64,000 nt of DNA from Clostridia bacterium. Its GTDB lineage: Bacteria; Bacillota; Clostridia; Oscillospirales; Acutalibacteraceae. Position numbers and translations under genes: made by a program. The notes beneath the pieces were generated by a model. It saw only the letters and a program-made list of their open reading frames with translations, ran no database searches and was not told the DNA's origin. The stretch is from contig JAKSQP010000013.1 in assembly GCA_024404025.1 (NCBI GenBank), forward strand, positions 6,258 through 70,257, given 5' to 3'. Positions 9,074-18,475 of this stretch are shown piece after piece. Every line of letters starts with the position of its first letter. Within the stretch, counting starts at the first letter, position 1.

Positions 9074-9547
9074 TTATAATCTTTTTTCAAGCATGACCGT
9101 GTTGAGCCACCTGCCGAATTTATCCTGTGCAATGCGCTCACGGTAACCGATATAGCGGAAGCCGCATTTTTTCGTCATTTCGATGCTCGGAACATTTTCT
9201 TCAAAAATAACCGCAAGAATGCTCCAGAAGCCGTTTCCGGGAGCTTCATTTATAAGATGACACAAAAGCTTTGTGCCAACTCCGATATGATGATAACCGT
9301 TATCAACATAAAGGCTCGCTTCGCCCACGCCCTTATATGCTTCTCTCTGCGAAACGGGGCTCATTGCGACCCATCCGACGACCTTTCCGTCAATTTCGTA
9401 AACATAACGGCATTTTTTAAAATGGCATCTGTCCCATTCCTCAAAGGTCGGGCATGAATCGTTGAAGGTCGCTTTTCCCGATTCAACTCCCATGGAATAT
9501 ATTTCTTCAACCCGTTTCCAATCGGAATCGAGCATTTCTCTTATCAT
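9074..9547 (-). CDS. GNAT N-acetyltransferase, phosphinothricin/L-amino-acid acetyltransferase (Pat/YncA) family
   Basis: GKATF...P..EEW, 'AYKGVGEASLYV' and 'N.PSIEM.KKCGFR.IG.RERI...K.GRW' motifs. Confidence 0.9.
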   Translation of the reverse strand: MIREMLDSDWKRVEEIYSMGVESGKATFNDSCPTFEEWDRCHFKKCRYVYEIDGKVVGWVAMSPVSQREAYKGVGEASLYVDNGYHHIGVGTKLLCHLINEAPGNGFWSILAVIFEENVPSIEMTKKCGFRYIGYRERIAQDKFGRWLNTVMLEKRL

Positions 9548-9612
9548 CTTATCACCGCCGTATCGGTCAATTTAAAAACCGCCCCGATTCAGCCGAATCG
9601 GGGCAATAATTA

Positions 9613-10461
9613 TTAAACGCCTGAATATGCTGAGAATCCGCCGTCAACGGGAAGAATTATGCCGGTTATGAAGCCCGAATATTCTTCATCGCAGAGAAAG
9701 AGCAGAGCGCCCGTAAGATCTTCCGGAACGCCGAAGCGGCGCAGAGGAGTGTGGCTGATGATCTTGTCTGAACGGGGAGTGAGTGAGCCATCCTCGTTGA
9801 AGAGAAGAGTTTTATTCTGGTTCGTTGAGAAGAAGCCGGGAGCAATGGCGTTAACTCTGATGCCGACATCCGCAAAATGAACCGCCATAAACTGCGTGAA
9901 GTTTGAAACGGCTGCCTTTGCCGCCGAATATGCGGGAATCTTTGTGAGAGGGCGGTAGGAATTCATTGAGGAAATGTTGAGAATAGAAACATTCTTCTTG
10001 CCGACCATATCCTTCGCAAAGCACTGCGTTGTAAGAAGCGTGCCGAGGAAATTGAGATTGAAAACGAATTCAATTCCTTTGGGGTCAAGGTCAAAAAAGG
10101 TCTTAACGCCCTCTGCCTTTTCGGCAATATCCTTAAGCTCAAGTGTTTCCTTTGTTGTTGTTCCGAGAGGCGAATTTCCGCCTGCACCGTTGATGAGAAT
10201 ATCGCAGGTTCCGAGCTCCGCATTGATTTTCTGCCTTGCAGCTTCAAGGCTTTCCGCATCAAGAACATTGCAGCCGACTGCAAGAGCAGCGCCGCCGTCC
10301 GCTTTGATTTCGTCAACGACCTTCTGCGCAGCATCCTCACGCAGATCGAGAACTGCAACCTTAACGCCGAATTTCGCAAGATCCTTTGCAAAACCGCTGC
10401 AGAGAACTCCGCCACCGCCGGTTATAACCGCAACTCTGTTTTTAAGATTTTCGTTAAGCAT
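9613..10461 (-). CDS. uxuB: D-mannonate oxidoreductase (fructuronate reductase), SDR family
   Basis: TGGGGVLCS, INGAGGN, SSMNSYRPLTKIPAYSAAKAAV and a C-terminal VDGGFSAYSGV, as in Bacillus UxuB/YjmF. Confidence 0.85.
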   Translation of the reverse strand: MLNENLKNRVAVITGGGGVLCSGFAKDLAKFGVKVAVLDLREDAAQKVVDEIKADGGAALAVGCNVLDAESLEAARQKINAELGTCDILINGAGGNSPLGTTTKETLELKDIAEKAEGVKTFFDLDPKGIEFVFNLNFLGTLLTTQCFAKDMVGKKNVSILNISSMNSYRPLTKIPAYSAAKAAVSNFTQFMAVHFADVGIRVNAIAPGFFSTNQNKTLLFNEDGSLTPRSDKIISHTPLRRFGVPEDLTGALLFLCDEEYSGFITGIILPVDGGFSAYSGV

Positions 10462-10478
10462 AATTTATCCTTTCCGCA

Positions 10479-11483
10479 TCAAACAAGACTGATGCTTTCG
10501 CCTGATGCCGATGATTCATAGCTTGCGGCAACGATTTCCGCCGCCTTGCCGCCCTCAAAAGCATCAATGCCGAATTTTCTGCCCGTTCTCAGGCATTCAT
10601 AAAAATCGTTTATAAGACTTGAGTGACCTGCACCCCAGTATTTCTGACCGATGAATTCCGAAGCTCCGCCGCAATCTCTGCATACGAAAGCATCGTTTTC
10701 AAACAGATAGAATTTTTCTCCCTCAATGCGCATTTTTCCGCCTTCGAGGGTCACTTCAACGATAACATCGCTGTTTTCGGCATAAGCCGTTGTGGCATAA
10801 AGCACGGCTTTAATGCCGCCCTCAAGCTCCATGATAACGCTCGCATTGTCTTCAACTTCAATAACACCTTTAAGATGGTCATTTGAAACATGAGCGGTGA
10901 CCTTCCGGCATTTGCCTCCGAGATACTGTATCAGGTCAACTGTGTGGATAGCCTGATTGATAAGCACGCCGCCGCATTCCTTTTCGGCTGTTCCGTGCCA
11001 GTCATCGGAATAATAATCCTCTCCCCTTGCCCATGTCACAAACGCTCTTATGGCGGTTACTTTTCCCATTTCGCCGGAATCAATTATGTTTTTCACATAC
11101 TGAACGCAGGAGTTATATCTGTTCTGAAAGCAGACGGCAACCTGCTTGCCGCTGTCTGTCTGTGCTTTTTGCAGAAGCTTTATTTCCTCTCTTAAAACCG
11201 AGCATGGCTTTTCAACAAGCACATTTGCTCCGTTCTGCATGGCTTTTATCGCCATCGGAGTGTGAAGATAATGCGGAGTGCAGATATGAACGGTGTCAAC
11301 CTTTTCGTTTTCAAAAAGCTCATCAATGTCATAATAAGCCTTTGTGCCGTATTCCGACGCCTTGGCATCAGCCCTTTCGGGCTTGATGTCAACAGCGCCG
11401 ACAATTTCAACACCGGGTATTTCTTTAAGTGCTTTAAAATGCAGACGGGAAATGTTTCCGCATCCGATAACTGCAGCTTTCAT
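10479..11483 (-). CDS. Gfo/Idh/MocA family oxidoreductase
   Basis: AVIGCGNIS, HICTPHYLH, LVEKP and GGVLINQAIHTVD motifs. Confidence 0.9.
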   Translation of the reverse strand: MKAAVIGCGNISRLHFKALKEIPGVEIVGAVDIKPERADAKASEYGTKAYYDIDELFENEKVDTVHICTPHYLHTPMAIKAMQNGANVLVEKPCSVLREEIKLLQKAQTDSGKQVAVCFQNRYNSCVQYVKNIIDSGEMGKVTAIRAFVTWARGEDYYSDDWHGTAEKECGGVLINQAIHTVDLIQYLGGKCRKVTAHVSNDHLKGVIEVEDNASVIMELEGGIKAVLYATTAYAENSDVIVEVTLEGGKMRIEGEKFYLFENDAFVCRDCGGASEFIGQKYWGAGHSSLINDFYECLRTGRKFGIDAFEGGKAAEIVAASYESSASGESISLV

Positions 11484-11492
11484 ATTTTCTCC

Positions 11493-13514
11493 TCAGAATG
11501 TGGAGCTCATATCGCCCTGAATATTTTCAACAACTGTTTTCTTTGCCGCATTACCTGCCGCTATTTTCTTCTGAAGCTCTGCAAAATAAACATCCTCATC
11601 AACGGGAATTTCAACCGCTTTGCCGAGCCACGATGAAAGGTGAGCCGCATTGGAAATCGAAAGACCTCTGATGCCCTCTTCGCCGTTTGCAACAAGAGGC
11701 TCGCCCCGGAGGATCGCCGCCGCAAACTTGCTTGTTACCTCGCTGTGCTGTTTATTTCTGCCGTCGGTTTCAACCTCTGTCCATTCGCCCTCAAGGCGGT
11801 CAAAGCCTTCCTTTGAGGTTGCGCAGTGCTCCGAAATCGTTCCGTTCAGCTTATAAAGCATAAGTTTACCGTTTTCGCAAACGAGCTTGCCGCCGTCAAG
11901 AGTGATTTCAAATCTGTTTGTGCCGGGGCAGTCACCGGTCGTTGTGATGAATGTGCCGGTTGCGCCGTTCGCATATTCGGCATAGATGGTAACATCATCT
12001 TCAACCTCGATATCGTGCCATTTGCCCTCGTGGCAGAATGCTCTGATCTTAACGGGCAGTCCGCATATCCACTGCCAGAGGTCAAGATTATGGGGGCACT
12101 GGTTAAGCAGAACGCCGCCGCCTTCGCCTTCCCATGTTGCACGCCATCCGCCCGAATTATAATAAGCCTGGGTTCTGTACCAATCGGTGATTATCCAGCT
12201 TACTCTTCTGATTTCTCCGAGCTCGCCGCTCTGAACAAGCTCTCTCATTTTTCTGTAAAGGCAGTTTGTGCGCTGATTATACATAATTCCGAAAACAAGT
12301 CCGCTCTTTGCGGCTGCTTCGTTCATTACACGAACCTGCTTGGTATAAACTCCGGCAGGCTTTTCCGTTAAAACATTAACGCCCTTTGAAAAAGCATACT
12401 GCGCAATGGGAGAATGGAAATAATGGGGAGTTGCAATTATAACCGCATCAACCTCGCCGCTGTCGATAAGAGCCTCTGCCGAATCAAAGGTTTTGATCGA
12501 AGGCATAATTGCTTTTGCAGCTTCAAGCCTTGCGGGGTTAATATCTGCGCAGGCTGTTATGCGAAGCTCGTGATGCTCGCCCTTTGCATACATATTGATA
12601 TGCGATGTGCCCATATTGCCCACGCCGATTATTCCGAAACGAACGGGCTGAATCTTTGTTTCAACAAGCTCATGGATTGCAGAGCAGGCAGCCGCAAATG
12701 AAGTTTTGTTATCGGGATAAACATAAACATCATTGATTTTAAGTTCCTTGCCGCTGCTTGCTTCAAGCGACTTAAGGCCGTCAAAAACTCTTAAATGCGG
12801 CTCAACGGAAAGGAAGAACACTCCCTCTCTTTCATCAAGCTTTTTGAGAATTTCTTCAAGCCTTCCCTCACCCTTGCCTGCCGGAACAACGGCTCCGCAT
12901 TCGGCAACTGCATCTTTGATGTGCATATATGTAACATATTTGCAGAGCTTTTCAAAACCGGAAAGAGTTTCGGCTCCTGCAAGAATATAGTTTGCCGGGT
13001 CGAAAATGCAGCCCATTCTGTCGCCGAAATATTCGGCAATTTCAAGGCATCTTGAGGGAATATCTCCGTAAATTCCTCTCTCGTTTTCATGGCAGCAGAG
13101 AACGCCGTTTGCGTTTGCATAATCTGCCATTGCGCTGAGGCGTGAAAAAACCTCATCCTTATATTCTTCATAGCTTTCGCCGTTGTTGAAATAAAAGCTG
13201 AACATTCTTATATATTTTGCTTCAAGAATCTTCGCAACCTCAACAGTATTTTTGAAAGCCTCAAAGTGCGGAGCAAAATCATCGGTTATCTCGATTTTTC
13301 CGTAATGAGAACCGATTGACGAAACTTTTATGCCACCCTCATCAAGCACTTTTTTGAGTGCCTTTGCCTCATCAACCGTGAAATTGGAAATATTTTTTCC
13401 GTCACAGTTTCTCAATTCGATATATTCAATACCGTTTGCCTTGCAGGCTTCTATCTGCTCTGCGATCGAAGGTGAAGCTTCATCCGCAAATGCAGAAAAC
13501 AGAAATTTTGCCAT
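11493..13514 (-). CDS. Fusion of a xylose-isomerase-like TIM barrel (sugar phosphate isomerase/epimerase) and a Gfo/Idh/MocA oxidoreductase
   Basis: N-half has SAFADE, HENE, FDPAN, HIKDA and EPHL. C-half has FGIIGVGNMG, IATPHYFH, LTEKP and GGVLLNQCPHNLD. Confidence 0.88.
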   Translation of the reverse strand: MAKFLFSAFADEASPSIAEQIEACKANGIEYIELRNCDGKNISNFTVDEAKALKKVLDEGGIKVSSIGSHYGKIEITDDFAPHFEAFKNTVEVAKILEAKYIRMFSFYFNNGESYEEYKDEVFSRLSAMADYANANGVLCCHENERGIYGDIPSRCLEIAEYFGDRMGCIFDPANYILAGAETLSGFEKLCKYVTYMHIKDAVAECGAVVPAGKGEGRLEEILKKLDEREGVFFLSVEPHLRVFDGLKSLEASSGKELKINDVYVYPDNKTSFAAACSAIHELVETKIQPVRFGIIGVGNMGTSHINMYAKGEHHELRITACADINPARLEAAKAIMPSIKTFDSAEALIDSGEVDAVIIATPHYFHSPIAQYAFSKGVNVLTEKPAGVYTKQVRVMNEAAAKSGLVFGIMYNQRTNCLYRKMRELVQSGELGEIRRVSWIITDWYRTQAYYNSGGWRATWEGEGGGVLLNQCPHNLDLWQWICGLPVKIRAFCHEGKWHDIEVEDDVTIYAEYANGATGTFITTTGDCPGTNRFEITLDGGKLVCENGKLMLYKLNGTISEHCATSKEGFDRLEGEWTEVETDGRNKQHSEVTSKFAAAILRGEPLVANGEEGIRGLSISNAAHLSSWLGKAVEIPVDEDVYFAELQKKIAAGNAAKKTVVENIQGDMSSTF

Positions 13515-13632
13515 CTGAATGCCTCCTTTTTAAATTTACATTTTCATTCTATCACCTTTTTCGGATATTTCAAGTAAAATACAATATTTTGTTGAATAAA
13601 AATTTTAAATAATACATATTGCGGACCTCTGA

Positions 13633-13659
13633 TTAGCACTCATTGGCGCCGAGTGCCAA
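13633..13659 (+). promoter_or_regulatory. CIRCE element (HrcA operator) upstream of htpG
   Basis: TTAGCACTC-N9-GAGTGCCAA, one mismatch to the TTAGCACTC-N9-GAGTGCTAA consensus. Confidence 0.85.
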
Positions 13660-13748
13660 AATTAACAAATTGTTCATATTATTTTAACAGAAAACAGCAG
13701 TCGTCAGGCTATACTTTCATCATATCAGATTTGCGAAAGGTGAAAACT

Positions 13749-15641
13749 ATGAGAACAAAGCAATTCAAATCAGAATCCAAACGCCTTATGGATATGATGA
13801 TAAATTCAATTTATACCCACAAGGAAATTTTTCTTCGTGAAATCATTTCAAACGCATCCGATGCGCTTGACAAGCTCTATTTCCGTTCGCTGACCGATTC
13901 ATCAGTCGGCCTCGGCTCGGAGGATTTTGTTATCCGCATTGAACTTGATGAAGAAAACCGCCTCATAAAAGTTATCGACAACGGCTGCGGCATGACCGAG
14001 GAGGAGCTTGACACAAACCTCGGCACAATTGCGAAGAGTGGCTCGCTTGCATTCAAAAAAGAAAACGAAAAGGCTGAAAATGTTGACATAATCGGTCAGT
14101 TCGGAGTGGGCTTTTATTCGGCATTTATGGTCAGCGACAAGGTGACCGTTGAAACAAAGGCATTCGGCAGCGACGAAGCCTTTATGTGGGAATCCGAGGG
14201 CGCAGACGGTTATAAAATCGGCCCCTGCGAAAAATCCGGTTTCGGCACAACAGTCACTATGCACATCAAAGAAGACACCGAAGATGAAAAATACGGAGAT
14301 TTTCTCGATCAATACAGAATAAGCGCTCTCATCAAAAAATATTCCGATTACATCCGCCATCCGATAAAGATGGAGTTCACAACAACAAAGCCCGTTGAGG
14401 GCGGCGAAGAGGGCGATTTTGAAGAGGTCAGGGAAGACCGCATCCTCAACAGCAGAATTCCGCTCTGGAAAAAAAGCCGTTCCGAAATAACTCCCGAAGA
14501 ATATAACAATTTCTACAAAGAAAAATTCTATGATTTTGAAGACCCCGCAAAGGTTATCCACACAAGCGTTGAGGGCCAGGCAACATATCACGCAATGATG
14601 TTCATCCCCAAGAGGCCTCCGTTTGATTACTATTCAAAGGATTACGAAAAGGGACTTCAGCTCTATTCAAAAGGCGTTCTGATCATGGAAAAATGCGCCG
14701 ACCTGCTTCCCGATTATTTCAGCTTCGTCAAGGGACTTGTTGACAGCGAAGACCTTTCTCTCAACATTTCAAGAGAAATGCTCCAGCACGACAGTCAGCT
14801 CAAGCTCATTGCCAAAACCATCGAAAAGAAAATCAAGAGCGAGCTTGAAAAGATGCTCAAAAACGAGCGTGAAGCATACGAGGAATTCTTCAAGAACTTC
14901 GGTATTCAGCTGAAATTCGGCATTTATAACGGCTATGGCATCCATAAGGATGTTCTTAAAGACCTTCTTCTTTTCACATCTTCAAACGAAAAGAAGCCTG
15001 TCACTCTTGCCGAATATGTTGAAAGAGCCGGCGAAGATCAGAAGGCAATTTACTATGCCTGCGGCGACACGGTTGACAAAATCGAAATGCTGCCGCAATG
15101 CGACGCCGTTAAGGAAAAAGGCTTTGAAATTCTTTATCTTACCGAATATGTTGATGAATTTGCTCTCAAGATGCTCGGCACATATTCCGAAAAGGAATTC
15201 ATAAACATCTGCGACGAACAGCTTGACCTCGATTCCGAAGACGAAAAGAAAGAGCTTGAAACCGAAAACGCCAATGCAAAGGATATGTTTGACGAGATGA
15301 AAAATGCAATCGGCGATGGCGTTTCGGCAGTCCGCTACACGAACAAGCTTTCAAATCACCCGGTTTGCCTGACAACAGAGGGCGGCATTTCGCTTGAAAT
15401 GGAAAAGACTCTCAATTCGATGCCCGGAGCGGAGCAGAACAAGGTCAAGGCACAGATAGTGCTTGAAATCAACGCCAAACATCCCGTTTCGAAAAAACTT
15501 AAGGCTCTCTTTGCGGACGATAAAGAAACTCTCGGCAAATATGCAAAGCTTCTTTACGGCGAAGCCTGCCTTATCAGCGGAAAGACGATTGATGACCCCG
15601 TTGAGCACAGCAATCTTATCTGCGAGCTGATGACAAAATAA
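13749..15641 (+). CDS. htpG: Chaperone HtpG (Hsp90)
   Basis: SIYTHKEIFLREIISNASDA, DNGCGM, NLGTIAKSGS, IGQFGVGFYSAF and LNISREMLQ motifs. Start moved to ATG 13749 (RBS AAGGTG). Confidence 0.97.
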   Translation: MRTKQFKSESKRLMDMMINSIYTHKEIFLREIISNASDALDKLYFRSLTDSSVGLGSEDFVIRIELDEENRLIKVIDNGCGMTEEELDTNLGTIAKSGSLAFKKENEKAENVDIIGQFGVGFYSAFMVSDKVTVETKAFGSDEAFMWESEGADGYKIGPCEKSGFGTTVTMHIKEDTEDEKYGDFLDQYRISALIKKYSDYIRHPIKMEFTTTKPVEGGEEGDFEEVREDRILNSRIPLWKKSRSEITPEEYNNFYKEKFYDFEDPAKVIHTSVEGQATYHAMMFIPKRPPFDYYSKDYEKGLQLYSKGVLIMEKCADLLPDYFSFVKGLVDSEDLSLNISREMLQHDSQLKLIAKTIEKKIKSELEKMLKNEREAYEEFFKNFGIQLKFGIYNGYGIHKDVLKDLLLFTSSNEKKPVTLAEYVERAGEDQKAIYYACGDTVDKIEMLPQCDAVKEKGFEILYLTEYVDEFALKMLGTYSEKEFINICDEQLDLDSEDEKKELETENANAKDMFDEMKNAIGDGVSAVRYTNKLSNHPVCLTTEGGISLEMEKTLNSMPGAEQNKVKAQIVLEINAKHPVSKKLKALFADDKETLGKYAKLLYGEACLISGKTIDDPVEHSNLICELMTK

Positions 15642-15643
15642 TA

Positions 15644-15685
15644 AAAAACGGGACTGTCGCATTCAACGACAGTCCCTCGCTTTTT
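15644..15685. terminator. Bidirectional intrinsic terminator (htpG / ridA)
   Basis: GGGACTGTCG (15650-15659) / CGACAGTCCC (15667-15676), flanked by A and T tracts. Confidence 0.8.
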
Positions 15686-15687
15686 AT

Positions 15688-16059
15688 TCAAACTTCTGCA
15701 ATAAGCTCTATCTCGCAGAGAACGCTCTTCGGGAGCTGCTTAACGGCAACGCATGAACGGGCCGGCTTTGATACGAAATATTTCTCATAAACCGCATTGA
15801 AAGCCGCAAAGTCATTCATATCCGAAAGAAAGCAGGTTGTTTTGACAACCCTTTCAAATGATGTTCCCGCCTCATCAAGAACCGCCTTGAGATTCTTGCA
15901 GACCTGCTCTGCCTGGGCTGAAATATCTTCGCCCGAAATATTGCCTGTTGCAGGATCAACGGGAATCTGACCCGATGTATAAAGAAGGTTTCCCGTTATC
16001 ATCGCCTGGCTGTAAGGTCCGATCGCAGCAGGAGCATTTGATGTGTAAACAACTTTCAT
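15688..16059 (-). CDS. ridA: RidA/YjgF family enamine/imine deaminase
   Basis: APAAIGPYSQA, SGQIP, KPARSCVAVKQLP and EIELIA motifs. Confidence 0.93.
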   Translation of the reverse strand: MKVVYTSNAPAAIGPYSQAMITGNLLYTSGQIPVDPATGNISGEDISAQAEQVCKNLKAVLDEAGTSFERVVKTTCFLSDMNDFAAFNAVYEKYFVSKPARSCVAVKQLPKSVLCEIELIAEV

Positions 16060-16084
16060 TTTATAACCTCTCTCTTTATATTTA

Positions 16085-18475
16085 TTATTTCAACACTACA
16101 ATTGTAACTCCGTCTTCACCCTCGCCGTAAACGCCGAGGCGGTGGGATTTGACGAACGGTGATGAACGCAGATAATTTGTGACCGCCGTGCGCAGAGCGC
16201 CGGTTCCTTTTCCGTGAACGATCGTGAATTCGTTCAGACCCGTGCGAAGTCCCTGGTCAATGAATCTGTCAAGCTCTATGAGGCATTCATCAACCGTCAT
16301 TCCACGAAGGTCAAGCCTTGTGTTTGCCGCCATATTCAGCCTGCTTTCTCCGGTTAATTTTGCGGTTGACTTCGGCTTTTCTTTTTTCGCAGGAGCATCC
16401 TCAAGCAGACGCAGATTTTTTTCCTTGACTCTCGTCTTTATTGAGCCTGCCTGAACCTCAACATTGCCGTTTTTATCGGCAGGCGCAACGACCTTTGCGC
16501 TCTTTCTTATGTCACGGATAAGAACGGTATCCCCCGCTTTAAGCGGCCTGGGGAGAACATAATCCTCATCGTCATCATCGGGAATGAGCGGATCTGCCGC
16601 AGCATCAATGGCGATAACGCCTTTCTTGACAAGCGCCTTTGCTCTTCTTGCAAGCTCTGCAGCATCCTTTGTCTTCTGCTGTTCCTTTTTGAGTTTGTCA
16701 AGCTCCTGAAGAAGAGTATAAGCCTCTCTCTTTGCCTGCTCGGTATATCTTGCCGCCTGCGAACGGGCTTTTTCGATTTCCTGCTCACGAAGTTTTTCGA
16801 TTTCCGCCTTGACCTTTTCGGCTTCTTCTTTTTCCTTTGCGGCTTTGCCGGAAAGCTCATTTGCCTTTGAATATTCGTCTTCCATCTTTCTTCTTGTTTC
16901 TTCAAGACGGTCAACAACATTTTCAAATTCCTTGTTTTCAGCCGAAACCAGCTCCTGCGCTCTTTCGATAACAGCCTTTGAAAGGCCGAGCTTTTCGCTG
17001 ATTGCAAGCGCATTCGATTTGCCCGGAACGCCGATAAGAAGGCGATAAGTCGGGCGCAGAGTTACAATATCAAATTCACAGCAGCCGTTTTCAACTCCGG
17101 GAGTATCAAGCGCATAGGCTTTCAGCTCCGCATAATGGGTTGTGGCGGCTATTTTTGCGCCCTTTGCATGAAGATCTTCAAGAATTGCCATCGCAAGAGC
17201 GGCACCCTCAACAGGATCGGTTCCTGCGCCGAGCTCATCTATCAGCACGAGGCTTCTTTCGCCTGCGGCTTTCATTATTTCGATAATATTTGTCATGTGG
17301 GCGGAGAAGGTGGAAAGCGACTGTTCGATTGACTGCTCATCGCCTATGTCGGAAAGGATTTCGTCAAAAACCGAAATTTCGCTTCTGTCCCCTGCCGGAA
17401 TCATCAGACCGCACATCGCCATAAGCGAAAGCAGACCGAGCGTTTTGATCGAAACGGTTTTTCCGCCCGTGTTCGGTCCGGTAATAACAAGGGTATCGAA
17501 ATCTCTGCCGAGCATAATATCGACCGGCACGACTTTTTTCGGATCAATAAGAGGATGCCTTGCCTGACGGAGATTGATAATCCCCTCATCGTTGAGGACC
17601 GGCGGCCATCCCTTGATTTTATAAGCATACTGCGCCTTTGCAAAAATGAGATTCAGTTCAAGAACGCATTCATAGCTGTTTTTGATGCTCTCGCAGAAAT
17701 CACCTGCCTGAGCCGAAAGCTCTGCAAGAATTCTGTCGATTTCTTCTCTCTCTTTTGCCTGCAAAACCCTGATTTCGTTATTCGCCTCAACAACCGCCAT
17801 CGGCTCGATAAAAACCGTTGCTCCGCTTGAGGATGAATCGTGAACAAGGCCTGCGATTTCGCCTCTGTATTCGCTCTTGACCGGCACGACATATCTGCCG
17901 TTTCTCTGCGTTATAATATTTTCCTGAAGATATTTTGAGTTTGCGGAACGGGTAAATTTATCAAGCTGCTCACGAACCTTCGATTCCTGGACCCTGATTT
18001 TTCTGCGGATATCCGCAAGCGCAGGTGAAGCGTTGTCCGAAATTTCTTCTTCGGAAATGATTGCATTTGTTATTGCGGTTTCAAGAAATTTATTCGGCAT
18101 AAGAGCGTTGAAAAGCGAATCAAGCACCGTCGGCACGCCCGCATTGGAGGATCTCCACTGCGAAAGAGTACGGATAACACGGAGAACTCCCGCAATGTCA
18201 AGCAGCTCTCTTGTGTTAAGCACGCTGCCGGCGTTGGCACGGCTGAGCGCATTATTCACATTTTTCAGTCCTCCGAATGACGGCCCGCCGAATCTTGCAA
18301 GAAGCATGTGGGCATCGATCGTCTGATTCATTTGAGCTCTTGCAAGGTCAAGATTGGTTTCGGGCTTGAGATTAAGCGCCATTTCCTTTGAATCCGCACA
18401 GCTTGTGAATTCCGCTAATTTTTCAAGCACTTTATCAAATTCAAGTGATTTTGAATGTTTTTCAAATGAGGTCAT
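16085..18475 (-). CDS. mutS2: Endonuclease MutS2 (ribosome-collision sensor RqcU family) with C-terminal Smr domain
   Basis: ITGPNTGGKT Walker A, SLSTFSAHM, DELGAGTDP.EG, TTHY and Smr 'LDLRG...IVHGKGTG' motifs. Confidence 0.96.
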   Translation of the reverse strand: MTSFEKHSKSLEFDKVLEKLAEFTSCADSKEMALNLKPETNLDLARAQMNQTIDAHMLLARFGGPSFGGLKNVNNALSRANAGSVLNTRELLDIAGVLRVIRTLSQWRSSNAGVPTVLDSLFNALMPNKFLETAITNAIISEEEISDNASPALADIRRKIRVQESKVREQLDKFTRSANSKYLQENIITQRNGRYVVPVKSEYRGEIAGLVHDSSSSGATVFIEPMAVVEANNEIRVLQAKEREEIDRILAELSAQAGDFCESIKNSYECVLELNLIFAKAQYAYKIKGWPPVLNDEGIINLRQARHPLIDPKKVVPVDIMLGRDFDTLVITGPNTGGKTVSIKTLGLLSLMAMCGLMIPAGDRSEISVFDEILSDIGDEQSIEQSLSTFSAHMTNIIEIMKAAGERSLVLIDELGAGTDPVEGAALAMAILEDLHAKGAKIAATTHYAELKAYALDTPGVENGCCEFDIVTLRPTYRLLIGVPGKSNALAISEKLGLSKAVIERAQELVSAENKEFENVVDRLEETRRKMEDEYSKANELSGKAAKEKEEAEKVKAEIEKLREQEIEKARSQAARYTEQAKREAYTLLQELDKLKKEQQKTKDAAELARRAKALVKKGVIAIDAAADPLIPDDDDEDYVLPRPLKAGDTVLIRDIRKSAKVVAPADKNGNVEVQAGSIKTRVKEKNLRLLEDAPAKKEKPKSTAKLTGESRLNMAANTRLDLRGMTVDECLIELDRFIDQGLRTGLNEFTIVHGKGTGALRTAVTNYLRSSPFVKSHRLGVYGEGEDGVTIVVLK

